A DNA stretch of 35,127 nt, taken from positions 1 through 35,127 of the forward strand of contig JBBRPR010000080.1 of NCBI GenBank assembly GCA_038227875.1, written 5' to 3'. Shown piece after piece: positions 25,948 to 35,015 of the stretch. This DNA comes from Planctomycetota bacterium (GTDB lineage: Bacteria > Planctomycetota > SZUA-567 > H5-PLA8). The translations under genes were made by a program, and so were the position numbers. Positions within the stretch are counted from its first letter, which is position 1; each line of letters opens with the position of its first letter. Under the pieces are notes generated by a model that was given only the letters and a program-made list of their open reading frames with translations, was not told the DNA's origin and searched no databases.

Positions 25948-26442
25948 ATGAGTAACGAAGAAAAAATTCGATTGTTGCGTCAACGGTCGAAGGACCTTCA
26001 GGCGCGACTTACAGCGAACGACGACGAAGTTCTGCCGTCCGTTCTTCAATTTTTTGCATCGTCGGATGACGACAAAGTTCAGTTCATTCCTCCTCGTCTA
26101 ACCGGGCACATATACACGATCAATGAAAGTGGAGACCAATCGGAGAATCCATTATTATTCTATTGCCACGCTGCTTATGAAATTCTGAGTCGGGATCTAA
26201 ACAGAAATCGGGACGAATCGCACGTAATATCTGAGATGGTTGGACTGTTGGATATCATGTTTCATTGTCAAGCTAGCGGCATGTTCGAGTGCTGGTCCTT
26301 GGATTCGAAGAACAACCTTGGCAATATCGGCGCGACTTCGAATGCACAGGTCTGGTGCGTTCTTCGCCGACTGGCCAAGCTGGCACTCGTCGAACGGGGC
26401 TGGCCACTCGCCTTTCCTCAGGTCCCCTTTATAAAGAGTTAA
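25948..26442 (+). CDS. Hypothetical protein (164 aa), AT-richer orphan
   Basis: Longest ORF in the gap with protein-like composition; no recognised motif. Confidence 0.55.
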   Translation: MSNEEKIRLLRQRSKDLQARLTANDDEVLPSVLQFFASSDDDKVQFIPPRLTGHIYTINESGDQSENPLLFYCHAAYEILSRDLNRNRDESHVISEMVGLLDIMFHCQASGMFECWSLDSKNNLGNIGATSNAQVWCVLRRLAKLALVERGWPLAFPQVPFIKS

Positions 26443-26476
26443 GTTTCGAAGGCATGCGGACGCGCTAGTTCCCGAT

Positions 26477-26506
26477 CGAATGCCGAATCCCGATTCCCGA
26501 ATCCCG
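26477..26506. repeat. Heptamer tandem repeat (CGAATCC)n
   Basis: CGAATGC CGAATCC CGATTCC CGAATCC CG between convergent genes. Confidence 0.8.
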
Positions 26507-26516
26507 CTCTTACGAC

Positions 26517-27539
26517 TCACGGCTGCGACCCGCCATTTCCGATCACGTTCGACGACTTGTTCGCTCTATTCCGATCCGAATCCTTCGCGTGTCGGCCGTA
26601 GTCGGCGCTGGTGATTTGGGAGGTTAGTTCGCCGTACCAGCTCAGCCAGGCGTAGGGGAGGTTGCCGAGGTTTTTGCCGGCGATCTGCTGGATCATCTGC
26701 GCGCCGGGGCTGTCGGTGTTCTGAGCTACGCCGCTGACTTCCTGAGAACCGGTGGTGACGGGCATCGTCATGCCGCCGGGGCCGACGGGCAGGCCGCGGG
26801 TGCGCGTGGTTACGGGGCCGTTGTTGGCGGTGACTTCCGGAATGGGGATCGACTTGATCAGCGCCAGCATCAGGCGCGTGTCGTTGAGCTCCCGGACCAC
26901 CCACGCGGCAGCGCTGCGGGTGCTCTGGTCGGACGACGAGAGATACTTCGCGATCTCCGCGGTGGCGACGTCGTCCTGCATTTTCTTGATCGTGTGGCAG
27001 GCTTCCCGGCGTGCTTCGTAGTAGGGATCGCGGATGGTTTCGAAGGCCAGCGTTTTCGAGGCAAGATCGTCCAGCGGCGCGAAGTCGGCGAGGATGCGCA
27101 GGATTTCGATGCGTGTGTATTCCGGCGTCTTCTGCTTCGGATCGAGCATTCCCAAAAGTACCGGGATGATCTGTGTGCCTGCCTGTTTGACCACATCGGC
27201 GGCGGCCTTGCGTTCGGAGGCGACCGTCGAGCCCAGCCCGTTCACTTTCTCGATCAGTGCCGCCGTGGAGTCCTGCACCGGCGCCATGATTTCCTTCTTC
27301 AACGTCGCGGCCGGAGCCTTCGCCACGGAATTCTTATCGCGTTGAATCTTCGAGATGTCGGCGCGGTCGATGCCGTGCTCTTCGCCGTTCTTCTCGCGAA
27401 TGAAGACGGTGTCTTCCGTCTCCTTGGTGATCGTGCCGTCGATCGGCTTGCCGTCCTTGAGGATCACGACGTCCTCGGCATAAGCCACGCCGGAGAATAT
27501 CGCTATCGCGGCGACGAGAAATGCGGTTCGAATAACCAT
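26517..27539 (-). CDS. Secreted HEAT-repeat protein
   Basis: Signal peptide ending AYA; DVVILKDGKPIDGTITKE module; HEAT-like repeats (DPYYEARREAC, DQSTRSAAAWVV); RBS GAAGGGA. Confidence 0.8.
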   Translation of the reverse strand: MVIRTAFLVAAIAIFSGVAYAEDVVILKDGKPIDGTITKETEDTVFIREKNGEEHGIDRADISKIQRDKNSVAKAPAATLKKEIMAPVQDSTAALIEKVNGLGSTVASERKAAADVVKQAGTQIIPVLLGMLDPKQKTPEYTRIEILRILADFAPLDDLASKTLAFETIRDPYYEARREACHTIKKMQDDVATAEIAKYLSSSDQSTRSAAAWVVRELNDTRLMLALIKSIPIPEVTANNGPVTTRTRGLPVGPGGMTMPVTTGSQEVSGVAQNTDSPGAQMIQQIAGKNLGNLPYAWLSWYGELTSQITSADYGRHAKDSDRNRANKSSNVIGNGGSQP

Positions 27540-27551
27540 TGCGATTCCCTT

Positions 27552-27587
27552 CTGCTCTACTGTTTTCTGCCACTGCCTACTGCCGAC
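27552..27587. repeat. Degenerate heptamer repeat (CTGCCTA-like)
   Basis: CTGCTCTA CTGTTTT CTGCCA CTGCCTA CTGCCGA in the short intergenic gap. Confidence 0.55.
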
Positions 27588-27607
27588 GCTCATCTAATCC
27601 CTGATTG

Positions 27608-28534
27608 CTATTCCGTCTTGAACGCAAACTTCTCCCGCCCCTTCTCCCACCATTCCGTCCACGTTTTTACTTCCTTCTCGGCCTTTGGGAAGGACTGGCC
27701 GGTGACTTCTTTCATCGCGTTGGTGGCGGGGTAGAGGTCCTGGTCGCTGAGGTGCAGGTCGGGCGTTGCGTCGGGCATGCCGATGGGGTTGTCGGTGCCG
27801 AGTCCACCCTTGGGCACGCCGCGCAGGCGGTTGTGCGTGTCGAGCGGGTTGCCGCCGGCGAGTTCGAAGGTCACTTCGGTCAGGATGCGATCGACGCTCT
27901 CTTTGTCTCCGTAGTAGCGCAGCGCCGCGCAGGCGTTTTTGCGGATGGGCCAGGGGATGTGCTGGTAGTCGCGGCTGCAGGCGACGTCGACGAGCTTGCG
28001 CATCGTCACCGGTTCGTTGAGCAGCGGCAGGGCCTTGCTCGCGGCGATGCGGACGGATTCTTCCGGGTCGTAGCAGCTCGAATTGAGCAGCGCGATCATC
28101 GTGCGGCGGTCGCCGGCGCGGCCGAGAATCCACGCGGCACGCGCGCGGATCGGACCAGTGGCGGCGACGACGGTGTTGGGTTGCTGCGGCGGAATAATCA
28201 GGCGCATGAACACTTCCGGCCGGGTCTTGCCGAGTTCGACGAGGTCCGTGGCGTCCGGCGACCCTTCCCACGCGCTGTCGGACTTCGGCGGCACCGGCGC
28301 CGCGCCCGGTTGCGCGGGTGGAGTGGGGGCGGGGAGGTTCTTGCCCAGCCGCTTGACCATCTCGTCGAGCTCCGGCCGGCCGATCTCTTCCGGCTTGATC
28401 GCTCGCGTACCGATGCGCATCTCGCCGGGGTCGGACGGGGGTGGTGTAGCCCCGTGCGCCGCCGAGGCAAGCGCGAGGACCATAAGAGGGAGGAGTGTCG
28501 TGTTCCGCATGGTGCTAATTAGACGGAGGAGCAT
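27608..28534 (-). CDS. Secreted HEAT-repeat protein (start may be 28510)
   Basis: Signal peptide LLPLMVLALASAAHG; Pro-rich linker; RARAAWILG, DPEESVRIAASKAL, IRKNACAAL; C-terminal MKEVTGQSF...WTEWWEK typical of planctomycete HEAT proteins. Confidence 0.8.
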   Translation of the reverse strand: MLLRLISTMRNTTLLPLMVLALASAAHGATPPPSDPGEMRIGTRAIKPEEIGRPELDEMVKRLGKNLPAPTPPAQPGAAPVPPKSDSAWEGSPDATDLVELGKTRPEVFMRLIIPPQQPNTVVAATGPIRARAAWILGRAGDRRTMIALLNSSCYDPEESVRIAASKALPLLNEPVTMRKLVDVACSRDYQHIPWPIRKNACAALRYYGDKESVDRILTEVTFELAGGNPLDTHNRLRGVPKGGLGTDNPIGMPDATPDLHLSDQDLYPATNAMKEVTGQSFPKAEKEVKTWTEWWEKGREKFAFKTE

Positions 28535-28744
28535 GACTTTTAATTCCGATTCCCGTCCGAAAGTAACAGAATGTTACATTCTTTCGGCAAGATCCCATTT
28601 TGCAATATGCAGGCGAGCCCTCCAAGATTTCATGTTACCTCTTACTGACACGCCTGTTATAACAGCAATGGAAGCGCTAACGCGGTTTATGGTCTGGGTT
28701 AAGTTGCGCAGAGCTGCTGAGCGACCCGCGAAGAAAAAATGGTT

Positions 28745-29440
28745 TCAGTTGCATTTAACTACAGTTGACTGACCTTCGCCACAATTCGCGAGATGATCAA
28801 ACGGCTTATTCCAATGAAGGCTTAGGCTTGCGTCGTCCAATTCGCATTTCAAACTGAAGATTTCGAGAAGCTCACGTTTTACGGTCCAGTTTGAAATATG
28901 CCACGTTTCAGCGGCGCGCTGGGTGAGATTGAAAACGGCTTCGGCGGTCTCGATGAACGTGGCGTTGACCTGCGAGTCGCGCATTTCCTCCTGCTTAATG
29001 CGTTCCACCTCGTCGCGGATTTCCAGTGCCTTGCGGTCGTAGATGGCCTTCTCCACTGATCCGCCGATAAAGGCATCCAGAAGGCGTTCCAGCTTGGTTT
29101 CGAGCTCACTGCGGTGCTTCTTCAATTGTGCCTGCTTGTTGCGGTGGAACTCGGCCTCATTGGATAGCGAGGACTTGAGTGTGGTGCGGAACCAATCCGT
29201 GACCGCCTGCGATGGCAACTTCAAGGTGATCAACTGCGCGACGATAGCATTCTCGAGCGACTCGCCCGTCCAACCGCCGGCTAGCGGCATGGCATGCTTG
29301 AACTTCTTCTTGCGGTCCGTGCCACTCAATATCGCCGATGTAGAAGTGGTTATTCAGAATGTAACGGAGCGTAGTCCGTTCAAACTTGGGGTGGTGCTCA
29401 AGGTAAATGTGTCCTTCCGGCCTGAGTATCTCCGATAGGG
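28745..29440 (-). pseudogene. Remnant of a large serine recombinase (integrase)
   Basis: Recombinase-domain fragment LRYILNNHFYIGDIEWHG in one frame; coiled coil and C-terminus (LETKLERLLDAFIGG...KRELLEIF...WNKPFDHL) in another. No catalytic N-terminal domain or Zn ribbon. Confidence 0.8.
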
Positions 29441-29666
29441 AGTCGTAGCTACCGGCAAGCCGCGTGAGCCAGGACAGCACTTGCTCCGCCGAGTGGCACA
29501 ATAAAAATTCAAGCAAGAGCTCCACGAGGGCCTACGTCTTTTCTCTGCAAACGACAAAGTCCACCTGACGCTGCGGTCGTCAGGTTTCGCGAGTTGCACT
29601 CCGTTAAAATTTGAAGAGCTTTGTTGAACGGAATTTATTTGCCTTCTGTTCATCTCACCGTTCCAC

Positions 29667-30497
29667 TCACATGCCCAATAGCAGCTTCAAATCCCCAGCC
29701 AGCGCCTGCCGAATTTTCTGCGTCCGCGCGGCTTCGAGCTCAAACGTGTTAATGCTGAAAACCAGCGTGTTGACGCCGTCCATACCCTCGTAACAATCCA
29801 CGCGCAACAACGCGTGGTTTAGATTTTCGACAATCGCCTGCAGATAGTGGTCAGTGTGACTGACCTTGCGCACGATGCCGTTCAAGCGTTCGGTGCCGAT
29901 AGTGAGATCGAAGCGGCTGCCGGAGCTGGCGGTTGATAGCTCTGCAGAAAATGGACCACCCGGCGAGACCAGCCGCTTCCAGGCTTCCGAGCAAGGCATC
30001 GAAAGAGCGACGTTCAAACTGATCACTGTGCGCGGTTTTCCGAAGTGGTGATCGACATATTCCTTCAGCTCCCACAACAAAACGTCCCAGCCACGGCTGA
30101 CGCAGTCGTACATCTTGTCCCACTTGGCATCGCTCGAGAATCCGAACGAGACCAGGCGCAGTCGCGACGTGCCGCCGCCGCGGTCTTCGATAAAATAATC
30201 CACGCCCGTCGGCCTTGCCCCCGGGCGATTCGTGCCGCCGTGCAGGATGCGCAGCCGCTGGTTGGGCTCCCAGATGGCGATGGGCCACTCGTCTTTTAGT
30301 GTTGAGCTCCACTGCCGCGTGATCACGCCGCTGGCGCCGGGTTTGAGCTGGATCTGCGGCGCAAACCAGCGCGAGAGCTCCTGGGCGTCGGTGAGCGCCA
30401 GCCACACCGCCTCCGCCGAGACTTTCAAATCGAACTGAATCTCGATCGTCCGTTCGCGGGTTTCATTTTCAATTTGATTCTGAGTATTCGACGACAT
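29667..30497 (-). CDS. SRPBCC (AHSA1/START-like) domain protein
   Basis: EAVWLALTDAQELSRWF...IWEPNQRL...GTSRLRLV..GF...GWDVLLWELKEY. Confidence 0.85.
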   Translation of the reverse strand: MSSNTQNQIENETRERTIEIQFDLKVSAEAVWLALTDAQELSRWFAPQIQLKPGASGVITRQWSSTLKDEWPIAIWEPNQRLRILHGGTNRPGARPTGVDYFIEDRGGGTSRLRLVSFGFSSDAKWDKMYDCVSRGWDVLLWELKEYVDHHFGKPRTVISLNVALSMPCSEAWKRLVSPGGPFSAELSTASSGSRFDLTIGTERLNGIVRKVSHTDHYLQAIVENLNHALLRVDCYEGMDGVNTLVFSINTFELEAARTQKIRQALAGDLKLLLGM

Positions 30498-30543
30498 GAT
30501 TCCCCCATCTTTTGATTTCGTTTAAGAGTCTTTGAATCGCGCA

Positions 30544-30954
30544 TTATTCCCACGGATCGTAAAAACCCGGCCGCAAATCGATACCAAACTCCAGCACCGT
30601 TTTCAGATTCAGCCGCAATGCGCCCCACGCTTGCGCGACAGACGCCAGGCCCTCGGCCGGAACTTCATCGTCAACGATGCGCACCTTGGTCTTCCCATTC
30701 ACATCCGACAGAGTGAACGTGGCGCCCCAATAGGAAACTTCGTATGGCGGCTTGTAAACCTTGAAAGTGCTTTCAGCTCGATTGGACAGATCTGTTTTTT
30801 TCCAGAAGAGAATCACTTTTCCGCCCGGACGCGGTTCCGTCTCCGCCGCGCGCGGCCACCACGTCGCCAGCTTCTCGCCGATCGTGATCGCTTCAAAAAT
30901 CACCGGCGGCGGCGCCGCGATCAAGACAGAACAATCCACACGTGGATGAGCCAT
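30544..30954 (-). CDS. SRPBCC (AHSA1) domain protein
   Basis: IAAPPPVIFEAIT..KLATWW...PRPGG...GKTKVRI...AWGALRLNLKTVLEFG. Confidence 0.85.
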   Translation of the reverse strand: MAHPRVDCSVLIAAPPPVIFEAITIGEKLATWWPRAAETEPRPGGKVILFWKKTDLSNRAESTFKVYKPPYEVSYWGATFTLSDVNGKTKVRIVDDEVPAEGLASVAQAWGALRLNLKTVLEFGIDLRPGFYDPWE

Positions 30955-30989
30955 TGGTTGCCTTCCTTATCAAGCGACTTGGCATTGAT

Positions 30990-31838
30990 CTATTTGCCCA
31001 GATCGTCACTTTTCACCGTCGACCCCAGCGCGTGCGCCAGTTGAGCCACGACCGCCTGCTCGATTTGCTGAAGACGAGCGGGGGCGATGTCAAATGTGCC
31101 GATGCTGAGGTTTATAATGTTGCCTTCGTCCTTGCGGGTGTAACCTTCAACGCGCAGCAACGCATTGTTCAGATTCTCGATGATGCCCTGAAAATAAAAG
31201 TCCGTTCCGCTGGCCTTGCGCACGACGCCATTGAATTCTTCAGTCCCGGCCCTGAATGTGAAACGGGAGCCGGGCGTTGCATCGGACATGTTCTCAGAAA
31301 AAAGACCCTGCGGCGAGAAAATCCGCGGCCAGATTTCCTCGAACGGCGCCGCCGAAACCCCCAGCAGATGTATGACGCAGCGTGGCCGGCCGAGGTGCTT
31401 CTCGAGGTACTCTTTCAAGGCCCACAGAAGTTCATCCCAGCCGAAGCTGATGCCGTCATACATATCCTGGCGCTTTGCGCTGTGAGAAAAACCGAAATGG
31501 ACCAGGCGTACGCGCGTCGAGCCGCCGCCCAAGTCTTCGATGAAATAATCAACGCCAAACAACTCCGCTTCGGGAACATCCGGTTTGCACCACAAAGCGC
31601 GCAGACGTTTGTTGGGTTCCCAGATGGAAATGGGCCACGAATCTTTGCCCCTGGAGTCCCAGATCGGCGAGATCGCTCCGCCGACGCCGGGCGTGACCTG
31701 TGCATCCAGCGCATGCCAGCGCGTCAGTTCCTCGGCACCGGTCAGTGCTTTCCACACAGCCTCCGGTGAAACTTTTATATCGAATTGAATTTCGACCTTT
31801 CCCTTGCCGGATTTGTTCTCACTCTCCTGCTTCGGCAC
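30990..31838 (-). CDS. SRPBCC domain protein, paralog of 29667..30497
   Basis: GTG start after AGGGGGGAATC; EIQFDIKVSPEAVWKALTGAEELTRW...GVDYFIEDLGGGSTRVRLV. Confidence 0.85.
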   Translation of the reverse strand: MPKQESENKSGKGKVEIQFDIKVSPEAVWKALTGAEELTRWHALDAQVTPGVGGAISPIWDSRGKDSWPISIWEPNKRLRALWCKPDVPEAELFGVDYFIEDLGGGSTRVRLVHFGFSHSAKRQDMYDGISFGWDELLWALKEYLEKHLGRPRCVIHLLGVSAAPFEEIWPRIFSPQGLFSENMSDATPGSRFTFRAGTEEFNGVVRKASGTDFYFQGIIENLNNALLRVEGYTRKDEGNIINLSIGTFDIAPARLQQIEQAVVAQLAHALGSTVKSDDLGK

Positions 31839-32490
31839 GATTCCCCCCTTCTTGTTCCTTTTCTTGTTGAGCCTTCGCCAGTTGCGCCTCGGCCTGGGCT
31901 TCCGCTTCGGTCTTGGTGATCGCCGGATAGGCACCGATCGTGAAACGGAAGGTCCGGCCATCGGCGGCGTTGGCATCCGCGTACTTCTGAACCAGCTTCG
32001 CCATCGTGTTGGACAATTCTTCAGTGAACCCATTGAGCGCCGCCTGGGTCGGAAATTTCACGTCGGCGTGGAGTGAAAAAGTCGGCAGCAATTTGCCGAC
32101 GGCATCCGCACGCTCACGAAGAAGGGCGAGTTCACGAATGGTGCGCGCGGCAAGTGCGACGAGATACGCGGCGCTCAGTTTGTCCTGCACGTTCTCCGGA
32201 TCGGCGCCGAGAGTGCCCAGCACTTCCGGGCTGATCACGTAGGACGTGGCCGTGGCCTGGACCATGCGTTCGACGCAATTTCGCTTTTTTTGAGTTTTCA
32301 CCAAGCGCACGAGTCCGGCGCGTTGCAGTTCCCGCAAATGATAGTTAATGCGCTGGCGCGGCAGGCCGGTCGCCCGCGCGAGCCCCGCCGCCGAATCGGG
32401 TTCGACGAGTCGCAAGAGCATCTTGCGTCGCATGGGATCGATCAACACGCGAGCGGCGTCTTCATCGCGAACGATTTGAGCAGCAGACAT
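31819..32490 (-). CDS. ArsR-like winged-helix transcriptional regulator
   Basis: LIDPMRRKMLLRLVEPDSAAGLARATGLPRQRINYHLRELQRAGLV; heads the SRPBCC operon. Confidence 0.88.
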   Translation of the reverse strand: MSAAQIVRDEDAARVLIDPMRRKMLLRLVEPDSAAGLARATGLPRQRINYHLRELQRAGLVRLVKTQKKRNCVERMVQATATSYVISPEVLGTLGADPENVQDKLSAAYLVALAARTIRELALLRERADAVGKLLPTFSLHADVKFPTQAALNGFTEELSNTMAKLVQKYADANAADGRTFRFTIGAYPAITKTEAEAQAEAQLAKAQQEKEQEGGNRAEAGE

Positions 32491-32504
32491 ACTGAGATCC
32501 TCTA

Positions 32505-32542
32505 TTGAAAAATTAATTTGTCAAGACACATTTAATTGTCAA
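32505..32542 (-). promoter_or_regulatory. Tandem palindromic operator and promoter of the ArsR-SRPBCC operon
   Basis: TTGAAAAA-TTAA-TTTGTCAA (32505-32524) and a second related site (32523-32542); each provides a minus-strand TTGACA. Confidence 0.6.
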
Positions 32543-32914
32543 TTGGAATATCTCAAGGATTGTTGGAGGAGTGGTAAGGGCGCGATGGCGGAGATTCGTT
32601 GCGCCGACCGATGTGCGGTGCGCATCGCGGATATCGGAAATATTTTGATTCGTGGCTTCAAATGACGGTGCGACTATCAGTCGCGGCGAGCGGGCAAATC
32701 TCAAGGACTCAAACAAAATATTGCACTGTCAGTGGAGTGCGCTCGTTGTTCGTGGGCTGCGCTGTGTGGACGCATGCCAATTTCAATATGTGGGGAGAGA
32801 ATAGAAATGGAAACTGATCCGCTGAAGCAGGACCCGAGGAACCTCAGTGGGCCGGGTAAGATGGCGACATTTGAGGATTGGATGACATTCACAAATTAGT
32901 TTTCGAGATTGAGA

Positions 32915-34615
32915 CTACGTGTCGAATTTTTCGAGTTCGTTCAAGATATTGAGCAGTACTCTTGCGCCAACCGGCTTGGTGAGGTGGTCATCGAAACCTG
33001 CCTTCAGCGCGCGATCTTTGTCTTTCATCTGACCGAAGCCGGTCATGGCGATCAGTACCATGCCGTCGCAGCCGGAATGTTCGCGAATTCTTTTTGCCAC
33101 TTCGTAGCCGTTCATTTCCGGCAGTCCAATATCTATCAGCGCCAGGTCAAAGGGGCCTTGTAACGCTTTCTCGAGACCTTTCGGGCCGGTCTCCGCCAGG
33201 TCAACGCTGTGGCCAGACATTTTCAGCATCAGCTCCATCGATGCGAGAATGTCGATATTGTCGTCTATGATCAGAATGCGTCTGCTGGGACCTGGAACAA
33301 CATCGTTTTCCGTAGATACCGATAAATTTGCATCAAAAGCCTCCGGAAAGCACACAATGAACTCGCTACCTTTGTCTTTACCTTCGCTCTTAGCCTCCAC
33401 TGTGCCACCTTGCATTTCCACCAATTCCTTTACCAGCTTCAGGCCTAGTCCGAGCCCTCCCTGGTTACGCTCAATCGAGTTTTCAGCCTGAATGAAAAGC
33501 TCAAAAATGGCTTTCAGCATATGCCGTTCAATGCCAATGCCGTTGTCGCGAACTCGGAGGACAGCCATATTCCCCTCGCCACGGACCGCCGAGACGTGGA
33601 TCCGTCCACCTTTCGGGGTATACTTGACGGCATTGAGAATCAAATTGCTGATGATTTGCGTGAGTCGCGCCGGATCGACCTCTATTACTAAAGGCGGATC
33701 GCATTTGACGTCCACAGTTACCAAGTGGTGATGTTGCTGAATGGAATCGTGAGCTGCATCCAGCACTTCCAAAACCGAACTGGCCAAGCTCACGAATTGT
33801 TTACGTAGAGTAACTTTGCGTTGCTGGATGCGCGAGGTATCGAGCAAGTCATCAACCAGCCGGGACATGAAGTCGACCTGCCGTTCGAGAATCATCTGCA
33901 CTTGGATGATCACCGGATCGTTGATTTTTCTCATCCGCAAAACATCCGAAGCGATTTTGAGAGGCGCCAAGGGATTGCGTAGCTCGTGCGCAAGCATCGC
34001 CAGAAACGCATCTTTATTGCGATCCGCCTCGGCCAGCTTCCTCGACAACTCTTTGCGCTCGGCTATTTCCAAACGCAGGGATTCGTTCAAGTTCTCAGCC
34101 GCTTCGGTCAGTTCATGCTGGCGCAACGAACTGAGCACTAACGCCTCGTTCATCTGGCGTTGGTCCATACCGACCGATTTAAGTCGAATCTCCTCCGTCA
34201 CGTCCTCGACGCAATGGATGATCCACGCCACCGAGCCGTTCGCGGCGAGCACCGGTGAGTTCAAGAGTCCCCAGTGACGCTCCTCGATCCCGCCGCCGAA
34301 TTCCTCCGATCGGCGTACTTCGTATTTCTGCACTGCCATTGCATCGCCGGTGCGATTCAGTAGCACCCGTTGGAGCGAGACCTTGAGATTCTGTACACCG
34401 TCGGCGGCTGGCTCCTTCGCGTTGTAGGGAAAGACCTCAAAGATCACCTTTCCGAGAATCTCCTCGCGCTTGTTCATCACAGCTCGCGCGTAGGCATCGC
34501 TTACGGCGACGATGCGCAGTTCCAGATCGAGCACCAAATAGAGTCCGGGAGCGGACTCGAACAGTCTCTTAAAGTCCGGCGACAGCGGCGTGCTTGAGGG
34601 TGGCTCCGTTTTCAA
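32915..34615 (-). CDS. PAS-domain hybrid sensor histidine kinase with receiver domain
   Basis: PAS (LFESAPGLYLVLD...CVEDVTE); H-box FLAMLAHELRNPLAP; N-box NLILNAVKYT; G boxes DNGIG and GGLGLGL; receiver ILIIDDN...LIDIGLP...LTKP. TTG start after GAGGAG. Confidence 0.95.
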   Translation of the reverse strand: MKTEPPSSTPLSPDFKRLFESAPGLYLVLDLELRIVAVSDAYARAVMNKREEILGKVIFEVFPYNAKEPAADGVQNLKVSLQRVLLNRTGDAMAVQKYEVRRSEEFGGGIEERHWGLLNSPVLAANGSVAWIIHCVEDVTEEIRLKSVGMDQRQMNEALVLSSLRQHELTEAAENLNESLRLEIAERKELSRKLAEADRNKDAFLAMLAHELRNPLAPLKIASDVLRMRKINDPVIIQVQMILERQVDFMSRLVDDLLDTSRIQQRKVTLRKQFVSLASSVLEVLDAAHDSIQQHHHLVTVDVKCDPPLVIEVDPARLTQIISNLILNAVKYTPKGGRIHVSAVRGEGNMAVLRVRDNGIGIERHMLKAIFELFIQAENSIERNQGGLGLGLKLVKELVEMQGGTVEAKSEGKDKGSEFIVCFPEAFDANLSVSTENDVVPGPSRRILIIDDNIDILASMELMLKMSGHSVDLAETGPKGLEKALQGPFDLALIDIGLPEMNGYEVAKRIREHSGCDGMVLIAMTGFGQMKDKDRALKAGFDDHLTKPVGARVLLNILNELEKFDT

Positions 34616-34886
34616 AATGCTCCTCTACTCAGCGCCATCAGTTCCGGCGCGGGCCCTTCCGGTTGGCTGTTGAGCTGTGGTGTCCGGTAGTCGGCCCGGC
34701 GTAATCGGTCTGTCGCGAACTGGCGTATGCCAATCGGAACCTTGACTTGCCCTGCCCAAACAGTATACCAGAACAGCTGGGTGTTTTAATTCGCAAGACC
34801 AATTTAGTTTTACCATCCAGCGAAGCGCACGCATTCTTGGGCATGGGCCCGTGCCAGCAAAGCGATGTGGCACGAGGGTGCCGTTC

Positions 34887-35015
34887 ATGCCTGCCAACAA
34901 CCAACCTACTTCAAAAATCCGGGATTTAGCCGAACGTCTCATTGCCTATGAGACGAAGGCCAATAATTCTGAGACAAGACCTGCAACTGTAAACGCCGGT
35001 TTAAAAACGCGGTAG
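34887..35015 (+). pseudogene. N-terminal fragment of a small hypothetical gene interrupted by an IS21-family element
   Basis: MPANNQPTSKIRDLAERLIAYETKANNSETRPAT reads into the IS end at 34988 and stops at 35015; RBS-like GAGGG upstream. Confidence 0.55.

Noticed and set aside
28720..28775. Possible tRNA 3' end or dif site at the recombinase end (AAAAAATGG..., ATTTAACTAC)
   Set aside because: No T-loop or cloverleaf follows, and the match to XerC/XerD arms is only partial.
31839..32033. Arg/Pro-rich N-terminal extension of the SRPBCC ORF
   Set aside because: Overlaps the ArsR gene; GTG at 31838 has a strong RBS and matches the paralog's start.
32513..32900. Short ORFs in the gap between the ArsR gene and the kinase
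   Set aside because: No motifs, weak RBS and mutually overlapping; no structured RNA recognised.
34625..34942. 105-aa minus-strand ORF upstream of the kinase
   Set aside because: No recognisable features, and it overlaps the better-supported plus-strand fragment at 34887.
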